Positions 1 through 10,234 of a DNA stretch of 64,000 nt are shown here, one piece after another (the first letter of the stretch is position 1; each line of letters opens with the position of its first letter). Source of the stretch: Malacoraja senta (Eukaryota); the NCBI GenBank assembly GCA_038087875.1, contig JAXLNO010004157.1, positions 62,001 through 126,000 on the forward strand, in the 5' to 3' direction. A program made the position numbers and the translations under genes. The notes under the pieces were generated by a model, which saw only the letters and a list, made by a program, of their open reading frames with translations, had not been told where the DNA came from and ran no database searches.

Positions 1-815
1 GGCCGGCACAATGGCACAACTGGCAGAGCTGCTCCCTCAGTGCTAGAGAATATTGTGAGCAATTTTGGGCACTATATCTGAGAAAGGATGTGCTGGCTCT
101 GGAGAGGGTCCAGAGGAGGTTTACAACAATGATCCCAGAAATGAGTAGGTTAACCTATCATGAACATTTGTTAGCACTGGGCCTGTACTCTTTGGAGTTT
201 AGAAGAATGAGGGGAGACCTCGTCAAAACCTACAGAATAGTGAATGGTTTGGATAGAGTGGATGTGGAGAGGATGTATCCACTAGTGAGAGAGTCTAGGA
301 CTGGAGGTCATAGCCTCAGAATTAAAGGACGTTCTTTTAGGAAGATGAGGAGAAATTTCTTAAGGCAGAGGGTGGCAAATCCATGGAATTTGTTGCCACA
401 GAAGGCTGTGGAGGCCGTCAGTGGATATTTTAAAGTTGAAGATAGATAGATTCTTGATTGGTACAAGTGTCCGAGGTTACGGGGAGAATACAGGAGAATG
501 GGGTGAGGAGGGAGAGATAGATCAGTAATGATTGAATGGTGGAGTGGACTAGATGGGCCGAATGGCCTAATTCTACACCCATCCCTTATGACCTGGCCTT
601 GATCCTGCCCGCAAGTACTGTCCGTGTGGAGTTTGCACCTTCCCCCTGTGACTGCGCTGGCTACCTCCAGGTGCACCAGCTTCCTCGTACACCACATGCT
701 GGCTTGTTGCTTAGTCGGCCTCCGTGAAGTCAAAATGTGATGCATAAATGTGATAACACTGAACTGGTGTGAACGGATGGTCAATGACTGGTGTGGATCC
801 GGTGGGCTGAATGGC
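1..815 (+). repeat. HE1-like tRNA-derived SINE, degraded and split by a CR1 insertion (pieces ~1-47 and ~592-815)
   Basis: Head ggcacaatggcacaactggcagagctgct...gctagaga resumes after the CR1 as cctggccttgatcctg...gtggagtttgcac, matching better SINE copies in the window. Confidence 0.6.
48..591 (+). mobile_element. CR1 LINE 3' fragment (RT C-terminus and 3'UTR)
   Basis: ORF 90-449 ERVQRRFT..LGLYSLEFRRMRGDL..NPWNLLPQKAVEA, typical CR1 ORF2 end. Confidence 0.85.
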
Positions 816-984
816 CTGATATATATTTCAGCCCTCTAAAAAATAATCCCAAAACGTTATTTAAGGAATACAGGTTAATCCCAGAATCCTCATTGATATT
901 TATCTTGCAGTTGATACCACCGAAGAACACAGATCATCTGTCGCTCATCACATTTCCCTTTGAATGAAATTTGAAAGCAGTGTT

Positions 985-1250
985 TGAGAGTGTCAGCTGT
1001 GAGGACAGGTTGGACAAACTTAGATCATTTGCTCTTGTGGAGTTGGAATATGAGGGGGGTGGGGGACACCTGATGGAAGTATATATAATTATGAGAGACA
1101 CAGAGTAGAGAGGAGTAAATCTTAAAGGATGTTTTACACAGAGAGTGGTGGGTGCTTGGAGCGTGCTGTCAGAGGAAGTAGTGGAAACAGATATGATAGC
1201 AATGTTTAAAGGCATTTAAACAGGCATGTATGTGGTACTGCTCTATGTTT
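985..1250 (+). mobile_element. Old CR1 3' fragment
   Basis: Degenerate match to ttttacacagagagtggtgggtgcttgga...gcaatgtttaa of other CR1 copies. Confidence 0.6.
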
Positions 1251-1484
1251 TATGTTAACTAATAAATTGATTTTGTCTGTCGCGCCACACAGTGGCTCTT
1301 TTATTTTTAATTTTGATTATTATCTTTTTTATCCATTTATACTCTGTTTATGGGCCTGTTAGACTGCTGCATGTAATAATGTAATTGTTCTGTTGTTGGA
1401 ACATTTAATTAGACATTTCATTAAAGAAGCTTAACTCTCTTGTCTCTCTTGGGTCCTGACATGTGAACAGAGAGGAAATGAAGG

Positions 1485-1620
1485 GGTGTGTGGAAAGGAA
1501 CAGCAGATGCTGGTTTAAACCAAAGGTAGACACAAAAATCTTGAGTAACTCAGCGGGAAAGGCAGCATCTCAGGAGAGAAGGACTGGGTGATGTTTTGGG
1601 TCGATGCCCTTCTTCAGTCT
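1485..1620 (-). repeat. Penelope-derived terminal repeat (pLTR) with decayed hammerhead-like core
   Basis: Reverse complement matches the ctgaagaagggtctcgacccgaaacgtc...gttactccagc family. Confidence 0.65.
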
Positions 1621-2054
1621 GGATAGACCATGTGCAGGAAGATGGGATTAGTTTGTAATGACAACATAGCCAGCACAGACATTGTGATACTAGGGCTTAT
1701 CCCTGTGTCATCCTGCTCAATGTTCTTTGTTTATTCATTCAATAGTGTTTACATTTCAAGAAATACTCAGTGGTTCTAAATGTTTTTGAAATGTTGTGAA
1801 AGGTTTTGCAAGAATGAATCTATATATTTTACTTTTTTCTCCGTTTTTCATATTCTGATTTACATTGTAAAGAATCTCATTGCGTACGCACACAGAAACC
1901 ATCAAACAGTATCATACTTCAAGGCCAGAGTTTATGTTGCACTTGAACCTGCAAACATCCTTGTTGGTATAACTTTATCAGTGTAACCATCTGTTGGCTT
2001 GTTACTTATTTGTTTATCGAAGCAGCTTGCTGTTAATAAAGGTGTTATATTTAC

Positions 2055-2335
2055 CACAGCTTCTCACTATGTAGCAGATCCCCCCCTTGTCAAACTTTTC
2101 CCAGAGTTTCCCTTCTTTATCTCTGTTTGCTTTGTTGCTACATTTTCCTTGATCTCCATTCCCTTTGTCCTGTTTTCACATCTCACACTTCCTTATCTAT
2201 ACACTTCCTTATCTATCGACCTCCCATTTTCCTGACATCAGTCTGAAGAAGGGTCTCGACCCAAAATGTCACCCATTCCTTCTCTTCAGAGATGCCTGTC
2301 CCGACGAGTTACTCCAGCATGTTGTGTCTATGTTC
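2055..2335 (+). repeat. Penelope 3'UTR/pLTR fragment, hammerhead core CpG-decayed
   Basis: gtctgaagaagggtctcgacccaaaatgtcacc at 2241-2273 preceded by a pyrimidine-rich 3'UTR-like segment as at 35920-36100. Confidence 0.7.
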
Positions 2336-2439
2336 TGATTGGATCTCTTGTTGTTTCCTTGCATTCTTATTTTGATTTTGTTTATCCATGTGTCATTAAA
2401 GTTGTTGGCCTTGCTTGTACTGGATCCCACCCCTGGCCC

Positions 2440-3010
2440 AAGACAAGCAACAAGACACAATGACATAAAAGTTAACATAAATATCCACCACGGCAGATTC
2501 CCACATTCCTCACTGTGATGGAAGGCAATAAAGTCCAATCTTCTTTCTTTTTTTCTCCCGCGGTCGGGGCAGTAGAACCATTGTCGGGGCGTTCGAAGCT
2601 CCTGCAGCGGGCGGTTGAAGCACCTGTGTCAGGGCGATTGAAGCTCCTGTGTTCGGGTGGTCAAAGCACCTGCGGCTTGGAGCTCCCGAGGTCGGACTCT
2701 GACCAGAGACCGCGAGCTCCATGATGTTAAGTCCGCAAGCACCCACGGTTGGAGTTCCGAGGTCGATCCCTGGCAAAGGGATCGTGAGCTGCGTGATGGT
2801 AACTCCGCAGGCTCCCGTGGTCGAGCTGTCAAAAGTCGGTCTCCACCAAAGGCCGCCAACTCCTGGATGTTAGGCTGCAGTGCGGACCGAGATACGATAC
2901 AGAAAAAAATCGCATCTCCGTTGAGGTAAGATATTAGAAAAAGTTTCCCCCAACCCCACACCACCCCTCCCCACGTAAAACAAGCTAAAGAACACTTAAA
3001 ACATAATTTA
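2440..3010. repeat. GC-rich non-coding dispersed repeat, unclassified
   Basis: Sharp GC/CpG rise, no credible ORF; shares aggta...agaaa.agtttcccc module with 59040-59070. Confidence 0.4.
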
Positions 3011-3129
3011 ATAAAGGGATTGACAACCTTGTTCTGCATAGGAGCCAGGACCCATGTCTGTGAGTGGATGGAGGGCCACATCTGTCACCATAGTTAATAA
3101 TTAATCAATTATAGTTTTAAAAATCGCAA

Positions 3130-3570
3130 CAAAAAGACAATTACCCCTGCGACAAATACGACTAAAGTGCAACACTGTGGCTGGAGCGGAATTACTCACC
3201 GACCTCGCTGATGCTTTGTTTTCCTCCAGCCCGTCCGCTGCTGGGCTCCCGAAGAAACCGCTCCAGCACAGCCTTGTCGAAGCCGCTCTCATCCCGCTGC
3301 AGTTTCACACAAGCCGCAGCACCGAGGTGGGGGGGCGCTTTCACTCCGGGTGGTCGGGAGGATGGAAGACGGGGTGGGAGGGTAGGGACGGAGAGAGAGA
3401 GTGTGTCGGCAGGTGTTGTGATATGGAATTGGCTGTGTGTGTGTGTGTGTGAGAACTACTCTCGGGTAAGTGTTGTGTGTGTTTTGTGTTACGCCTGCGT
3501 GCCGGATGATTTCGGGTTACAGGCCGGATCCGGCCCGTGGGCCGTAGGTTGCAAACCCGTGGTTTAACAC
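3130..3570. promoter_or_regulatory. CpG-rich segment, possible promoter/first exon or transposon end
   Basis: High CpG density; GTGAGT donor on minus at ~3196 and CGG|GTAAGT on plus at 3466. Confidence 0.3.
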
Positions 3571-3679
3571 ATACTATTAAAACACAAAGAAGGAAGGGAC
3601 AGACAGACTGTTGGAGAGGCAGCCATTGCTGGTGCCACCCAGTGGTTGGGTTGGTTAGTTAGTTTGCAGGCGCCACCAA

Positions 3680-4620
3680 CATTGATGGAGTTGTGAACAG
3701 TGAAGAAGGCTGTAGTGTACAATGGGAAATACATCAGATACAGAAATGGGCAGTAAATTGCAAATGGAGTTCATTTTGAGCAAGTATGTTACACTTTGAG
3801 TGGTCGAATGTAAAGGAAAAGTATACAGTTATTGGCAAGACCCTTAACAGCATTAATCTACAGAGAGATCTTGGGGTTGAATCTTGGGTTTCTAGCGACA
3901 GGAAGTCATAATACAGTATTATAGGGCTGGGTAGTCCACATTTGGAGTATTATGTGCAGTTTTTGTTGACCCATTACATTAAGGATGTACAGGCATTGGA
4001 AAGGGTGTAGAGGTTTACAAGAATGATGCCTTGACTAGGGTGTGTTGGCTACATGAAACATATGGACAGATATGGATTGCTTCCGCTAGAATGCCGGAGT
4101 TTGATGGGACACCTGATAGAAGTACATAAAACTATGAGAGGTATAGATAGGATAGATAGTCAGAACAGGGGCAGTCACTGTGGCGCAGCGGTAGAGTTGC
4201 TGCTTTACAACGCTTGCAGCGTGGGAGACCCAGGTTCGATCCCGACCACGGATGCTGTACGTGTGGAGTTTGTACGTTCTCTCCATGACAGCATGGGTTT
4301 TCTCCGAGATCTTCGGTTTCCTCCCACACTCCAAAGATGTACAGGTATGTAGATTAATTGGCTTGGTGTATGTGTAAATCGTCCCGAGTGTGTGTAGGAT
4401 AGTGCTAATGTCCAGGGATCACTAGTCGGTGCGGACTCGGTGGGCCGAAGGGCCTGTTTCCACGCTGTATCTCTAAACTAAAATAAACTAAACTCAACAT
4501 GGATGGAAACATTAAATACAAGAGGGCATAGTTTTAAGATGAATGTTTAAAGGAAATGTGCAGGGCATGTTTTTTCACAGACAGTGACGAGTGCCTGGAT
4601 GGCACTGTCTGAGGTGCGGT
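3680..4620 (+). mobile_element. Old CR1 fragment with nested SINE
   Basis: Degenerate RT C-terminal sequence (ggtagtccacatttggagtattatgtgcagttt, acacctgatagaagtacataaa). Confidence 0.65.
4168..4495 (+). repeat. HE1-like tRNA-derived SINE, near full length
   Basis: A-box TGGCGCAGCGG, B-box GGTTCGATCC, CR1-like 3' end, (AAACT)n tail. Confidence 0.85.
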
Positions 4621-5142
4621 TGAGGCTGCTTGTAAATATATTGTCTTGCCTTCAGAGGTGTTGGGTCAAAATCTTGCAAACCCCTCCAAAAAGTCTGTAA
4701 CAGTCAAGTTTCTGCCTCATCTCAGTCCTTGCGATGAATCTCACACCTAAGCAATAAATTCAGGGTCATCCAGATTGCAAACACTGATGGAAACAAGCCA
4801 ATTATCATTTGGTGTAACATTAAACTCACAGTTAAATATTAACAGAAAATAAATATATCATTACCTCAATAAAGTTGATGTTTCACGCTGAATGGGGTGT
4901 GGGAATTAGATGGCTCGGGAGTGGAATTTAGTTTTGTCTAAATATTTAATGTACCTAGTAAATACACTTAAGATATCAGCAATCAAGTAATTATTATGTG
5001 TTTTCACAATCACCACAATAGATCAGTACAGCACAGGACAGGCCCTTTGGCCCACAATGTCTGTGTTGAACATGATGCCAAGACCAACTCCTATCTGCCT
5101 GCACATAATATACCTCCATTCCCTGCACATCCTACAACAATA

Positions 5143-5341
5143 AGGGCAACATGGTGATGCAACACTGGAGTTGCTGCCTTAAGTGCCACACAGCCGGGTT
5201 TGATCTTGACTATGGGTATGTAGGTTAATTGGGTTGGTATAAATGTAAACCTGTTCCAAGTGTGTGTAGGATAGTGTTAGTGTGCGGGAATTGGTGCGGA
5301 CCCTGTTTCCACCCTGTATCTCTAAACTAAACTAAACTAAA
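5143..5341 (+). repeat. HE1-like SINE, internally deleted
   Basis: Degenerate head plus 3' half ending ctctaaactaaactaaactaa. Confidence 0.65.
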
Positions 5342-5510
5342 TGTGCTAACCAGTCAGTGGAAAGACAATACATGATTACAATCGAGCCATCCATAGTGTA
5401 CAGATATATGATAAAGGGAATAACGTGAATAACATTTGGTGCAAGATAATGGCAGTAAAGTCCGATTAAAGATTGCCCGAGGATCTCCAATGCAGGAGAC
5501 AGTAGTTCAA

Positions 5511-6665
5511 GAGATTAGGATACAAACTTAAATCACACGGTATTGGGGGTTCAGTATTGATGTGGATAGAGAACTGGCTGGCAAACAGGAAGCAAAGAGT
5601 AGGAGTAAACGGGTCATTTTCACAATGGCAGGCAGTGACTAGTGGGGTACCGCAAGGCTCAGTGCTGGGACCCCAGCTATTTACAATTTATATTAATGAT
5701 CTGGACGAGGGAATTGAAAGCAACATCTCCAAGTTTGCGGATGACACTAAGCTGGGGGGCAGTGTTAGCTGTGAGGAGGATGCTAGGAGACTGCAAGGTG
5801 ACTTGGATAGGCTGGGTGAGTGGGCAAATGTTTGGCAGATGCAGTATAATGTGGATAAATGTGAGGTTATCCACTTTGGTGGCAAAAACGGGAAGGCAGA
5901 CTATTATCTAAATGGTGGCCGATTAGGAAATGGGGAGGTGCAGCGAGACCTGGGTGTCATGGTACACCAGTCATTGAAAGTAGGCATGCAGGTGCAGCAG
6001 GCAGTGAAGAAAGCGAATGGTATGTTGGCCTTCATAGCAAGAGGATTTGAGTATAGGAGCAGCGAGGTTCTACTGCAGTTGTACAGGGTCTTGGTGAGAC
6101 CACACCTGGAGTATTGCGTACAGTTTTGGTCTCCAAATCTGAGGAAGGACATTATAGCCATAGAGGGAGTGCAGAGAAGGTTCACCAGACTGATTCCTGG
6201 GATGTCAGGACTTTCATATGAAGAAAGACTGGATAGACTTGGCTTATACTCGCTAGAATTTAGGAGATTGAGAGGGGATCTTATAGAAACGTACAAAATT
6301 CTTATGGGGTTGGACAGGCTAGATGCAGGAAGATTGTTCCCGATGTTGGGGAAGTCCAGGACAAGGGGTCACAGCTTAAGGATAAGGGGGAAATCCTTTA
6401 AGACCGAGATGAGGAAAAACTTTTTCACACAGAGAGTGGTGAATCTCTGGAACTCTCTGCCACAGAGGGTAGTTGAGGCCAGTTCATTGCCTATATTTAA
6501 GAGGGAGTTAGATGTGGCCCTTGTGGCTAAAGGGATCAGGGGGTATGGAGAGAAGGCAGGTACGGGATACTGAGTTGGATGATCAGCCATGATCATATTG
6601 AATGGCGGTGCAGGCTCGAAGGGCCGAATGGCCTACTCCTGCACCTATTTTCTATGTATCTATGT
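5511..6665 (+). mobile_element. Young 5'-truncated CR1 LINE
   Basis: Uninterrupted 338-aa ORF 5557-6573 with SGVPQGSVLGP and [10 protein letters not shown] motifs; 3'UTR ending ctatgtatctatgt. Confidence 0.92.
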
Positions 6666-6794
6666 AAGACTGCACCCTGGTTGTAGGTAGGATGGTTTCA
6701 GTTGCCTGATAACAATTGGGAAGAGACTGCCCCTGAATGTGGAGGTGTGAGTTTTGACAATTGGTTATATGAAGAGTAAAGTTGTTGTTATTCC

Positions 6795-7225
6795 ACTCTG
6801 ATGAGCGTTTGACGGCACTAGGCCTCTACTCACTGGAGTTTAGAAGAATGAAGGGGGACCTCATTGAAACTTACCGAATAGTGAAAGGCCTGGATAGAGT
6901 GGATGTTGAGAGGATGTTTCCACTAGTGGGAGCATCTCAGCAGAGGGCAAAGCCTCACAATTAAAGTACACTCCTTTAGGAAGGAGATGAGGAGGAATTT
7001 CTTTATTCAGAAGGTGGTGAATCTGTGGAATTCTGCCACTGAAGGCTGTGGAGGCTGTCAATGGATATTTTTTTAAGGCAGAGATAGATAGATTCTTGAA
7101 TAGTATGGGTGTCAGGGGTTATGGGGAGAAGGCAGGAAAATGGGGTTTGGAGGATAGGATAGATCAGCCATGAATGATGGGATGAATGGCCTAATTCTGT
7201 TCCTATCACTTATGATCTTATGATT
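6795..7225 (+). mobile_element. CR1 3' fragment
   Basis: LGLYSLEFRRMKGDLIETYRIVKGLDRVD in ORF 6782-6964 plus CR1 3'UTR. Confidence 0.85.
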
Positions 7226-7496
7226 GAGTAAATAGCTGTCTGCAGTATTAACAATGACAAAACAAGTATATAGCATGCTAACGTCTTGGTAAAACTCATT
7301 CAAAAGTATTTTATTAAATGCTCATAATTCAGAAATGACACTGGTGGATATACAATGAAATTCTCGGTCTGTTGCACATAAAACACTTCCACAGCTATTA
7401 CACCACATCTTTGATAATGAGTATTGTTCCCAGTGCTCTGTCAGGTCAACAAAACACAGCCCCCATACGTTACCATGTTCCATAAATATTCACTGG

Positions 7497-7755
7497 ACAT
7501 GGTACTGGGATGTTGTCTATGTGGAGTTTGCATGTTCTCCCTGTGAGCACGTGGGATTTCTCCCGGTGCTCCGGTTTCCTCGCACATCTCAATGATGTAC
7601 AGGTTTGTAGGTGAGTTGGCCTTTGTAAAATTGCCCTAGTGTATGGAAAGCGGACGTGAAAGAGGGATAACATAGAACTGGTGTGCAGGATGGATGGTAT
7701 CAACTCGATGAGCTGAAGGCTCTGCATCCATGCTGTATAACTCAACTAAACTAAG
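7497..7755 (+). repeat. HE1-like SINE (5'-degraded)
   Basis: gtggagtttgcatgttctccc...ccggtttcctc core; aactaaact tail. Confidence 0.65.
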
Positions 7756-7944
7756 CAATATTATCTAAGCTGTGGTGTAGAGCGTGGTTCGTATTGAAAA
7801 CAAAGATCCTTGTTGACTGGCCCATCAAATACTTGAAGCACTGAGTAAAGCATTAAATGCAAAGGCAATTACTTCTCCACTACACCATCAGGTATGTGAA
7901 CAAGGAATGCAGGTTACAGTATGTGACAAAGAGAAGTGGCAAAA

Positions 7945-8135
7945 TAACTAGGAACGAACTGCAGATGCAGGTTTAACCCGAAGATAGGCTCAAAAAGCTG
8001 AAGTGACTCAGCGGGTCAAACAGCATTTCTGGAGTCTGAACAAGGGTCTCATCCCGAAATGTCACCTATGCCTTGTATCCAGAGATGCTGTCTGATCCGG
8101 TGAGTTTCTCCAACTTTTTGTGTCTATCTCTGGCA
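7945..8135. repeat. Inverted pair of Penelope pLTR fragments
   Basis: Minus copy followed by plus copy with degenerate core ctgaacaagggtctcatcccgaaatgtc. Confidence 0.6.
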
Positions 8136-8552
8136 AGATATGTATATGATGTTTGAGAGGCTTTTAGATCGACAAACTGATCTGCAGGAAATAGAGGGAT
8201 ATGGATCATGTTGCAGTTGGATGGGATCAGTTTAGCATCTCATCATGTTCACCACAGACATTGTGGGCCAAAGGGCCTCTTCCTGAGATGAATATTTTTA
8301 TGTTTTTTATAAAATAAGATTAGTAATCAGCTGTAAGCCCCCTTGAACAGACTGCATCATTCAATAACATTATGTCCAATCTGATTTTGATCAGTTTACT
8401 GCATTATTCCTGCTACCTTTGATTCATTTCTGATCTAAAATTCTCTATATCTCAACCTGGAAAATATTCATTCACCTTGTCTTCACAGCTGGAATAGAAT
8501 GTTCAGGCAAATCATACACCTCCTGGAAAATAAATCTTCTTCGTAACTATTT

Positions 8553-8822
8553 TAAAGAGGGACCCAACATGGGAGGACTGCCGAGAACAAAGATAACAAA
8601 GTGGGTCCCGGGGTTGGGGGGGGAGGGGGCGCGGATAACACAGGTGAACCCAACATGGAGGGGCTGCCGAGAACAAAGAGGGACCATTGGGGACTGTAAT
8701 GATTACTTTGTAACTGTGTCGGCACCCTATACATGGTGACTCTTTCTATACCTTGTGTATGTTATGCAAAGCAAAGAATCTCACTGTGACATGTCACATG
8801 TGATAATAAAGTATCAATCAGT
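8553..8822 (+). repeat. Short non-coding retroposon with Rex1-like 3' tail
   Basis: Internal direct repeat cccaacatgg...gccgagaacaaag; ends aagaatctcactgtgacatgtcacatgtgataataaa. Confidence 0.45.
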
Positions 8823-8959
8823 CAAATAGGCGACCTCTTATTCCAAAATGTGGCACAATGTATGACTTTGGAATCACAGGGTAACTGGTGAAGACAGCAG
8901 TTGAAAAATTAATGGCTGAATGTAAAGCCATCAGTCAGCATTGATACAATAAAGAGCAT

Positions 8960-9440
8960 AGAACATAGAACAGTACAGCACAATATAAGTCCCTTTGACC
9001 CACAATGTTTGTGCCGAACATGATGCCAAGACCAATTGTTATCTGCTTGCACATAATCCATATCCATTCATTCCCTGCATATACATGTGCCTATCTAAAA
9101 GTCTCTTAAATGCCACTATCATATCTGCTTCCACCACCACCCCGGCAGCACATTCCAGTCACTCGCCACCCTTGGCGTAAAACACTTGACCTGCACATCT
9201 TTTTTAAACTTTGCCACTCATTGTAAAGCTATACCTGCTCTTATTTGATATTTCCTTCCTGGGTAAAAAGTCTGATGGTCTACACTATCTGTACTCCTCC
9301 CAGTTTGATATATTACTGTCAGGTCTCCCCTCAATCCCCGACATTCCAGAGAAAACAATCCAAGTCTGTCCAACTTCTCCCTGTGGCTAATACCCCACTA
9401 ATCCAGACATCATTCCGGTAGACCTCCTCTGCTTCCCAAC
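8960..9440 (-). mobile_element. CR1 3' fragment overlapping the end of the MHC-like last exon
   Basis: Minus strand cagaggaggtctaccggaatgatgtctggattag...ttggacagacttggattgttttctctgg = CR1 QRRFTRMMPGL..LDRLGLFSL; (ttctatg)n tail near 8960. Confidence 0.75.
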
Positions 9441-9639
9441 GGAAGCTGGTTGTGCTTCATGGTCACTGCAGTCCTCTCCTGGTCTCTGCTGTTGTCAGCT
9501 GGTCCCTGTTCATTGAGAATTTTTCTCCTTTTCCTCTTCTTCCAGCAACCAATTCCAAGGATGATCCCCAGGAGAATAAGAGGAACGATTACAGCTCCAG
9601 TCACGATCCTAATCTTTATATCTTCTTTCGCTGCCCTCT
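9410..9639 (-). CDS. MHC class I-like connecting peptide, transmembrane and cytoplasmic exon
   Basis: Acceptor ctgccaacag|AG joins alpha3 in phase 1: ERAAKEDIKIRIVTGAVIVPLILLGIILGIGCWKKRKRRK...GGLPE*; hydrophobic helix plus basic stop-transfer. Confidence 0.75.
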
Positions 9640-9876
9640 CTGTTGGCAGATATAGGGCATTTTAAACATTTATTGATCAATAACGACATTGTAATGATTT
9701 TATTTTTTTGAATTTAATCTTTTTATTTGAATTTCACGGCAATTAACATACATACAATAATAACAGACAGTAATAATCAAGGCATAATTGTACAACAGTA
9801 TGTAAGCGATCCTCAAAACCTTTACCCATACCCACCTTCAACCCACCCAAGTCAGGTCGGAGCCAAACGGGGACAA

Positions 9877-9953
9877 ACAACACTCACATACGTACACATC
9901 CACACACAAATGGTAGAATAGGCGAAACAAAATGTGCTATATAAAAGAAATAA

Positions 9954-10014
<61 letters not shown>

Positions 10015-10096
10015 TTTTTATTTCTTTTATATAGCACATTTTGTTTCGTCTATTCTACCATTTGTGTGTGGATGTGTACGTATGTGAGTGTTGTTT
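9877..10096. repeat. ~85-bp inverted repeat around an (AT)n spacer
   Basis: aaacaacactcacatacg...ataaaaaat versus its reverse complement at ~10011-10096, one mismatch seen. Confidence 0.9.
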
Positions 10097-10234
10097 ATAT
10101 ATAAATATATAAAATAAAATGAAAATTTTAAAAAAAAGTATATATATATACATATATATCTAAATAAACAATTGTAGGGAGGGGGGATTAAGGGGAAAGC
10201 AGCTGCTGTAGAACAAAACGATGATGGAGAACAC

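Noticed and set aside
4168-4260. tRNA gene suggested by A and B boxes (also at other copies)
   Set aside because: The boxes continue into a SINE core and CR1-like tail in many degenerate copies; no acceptor-stem closure seen.
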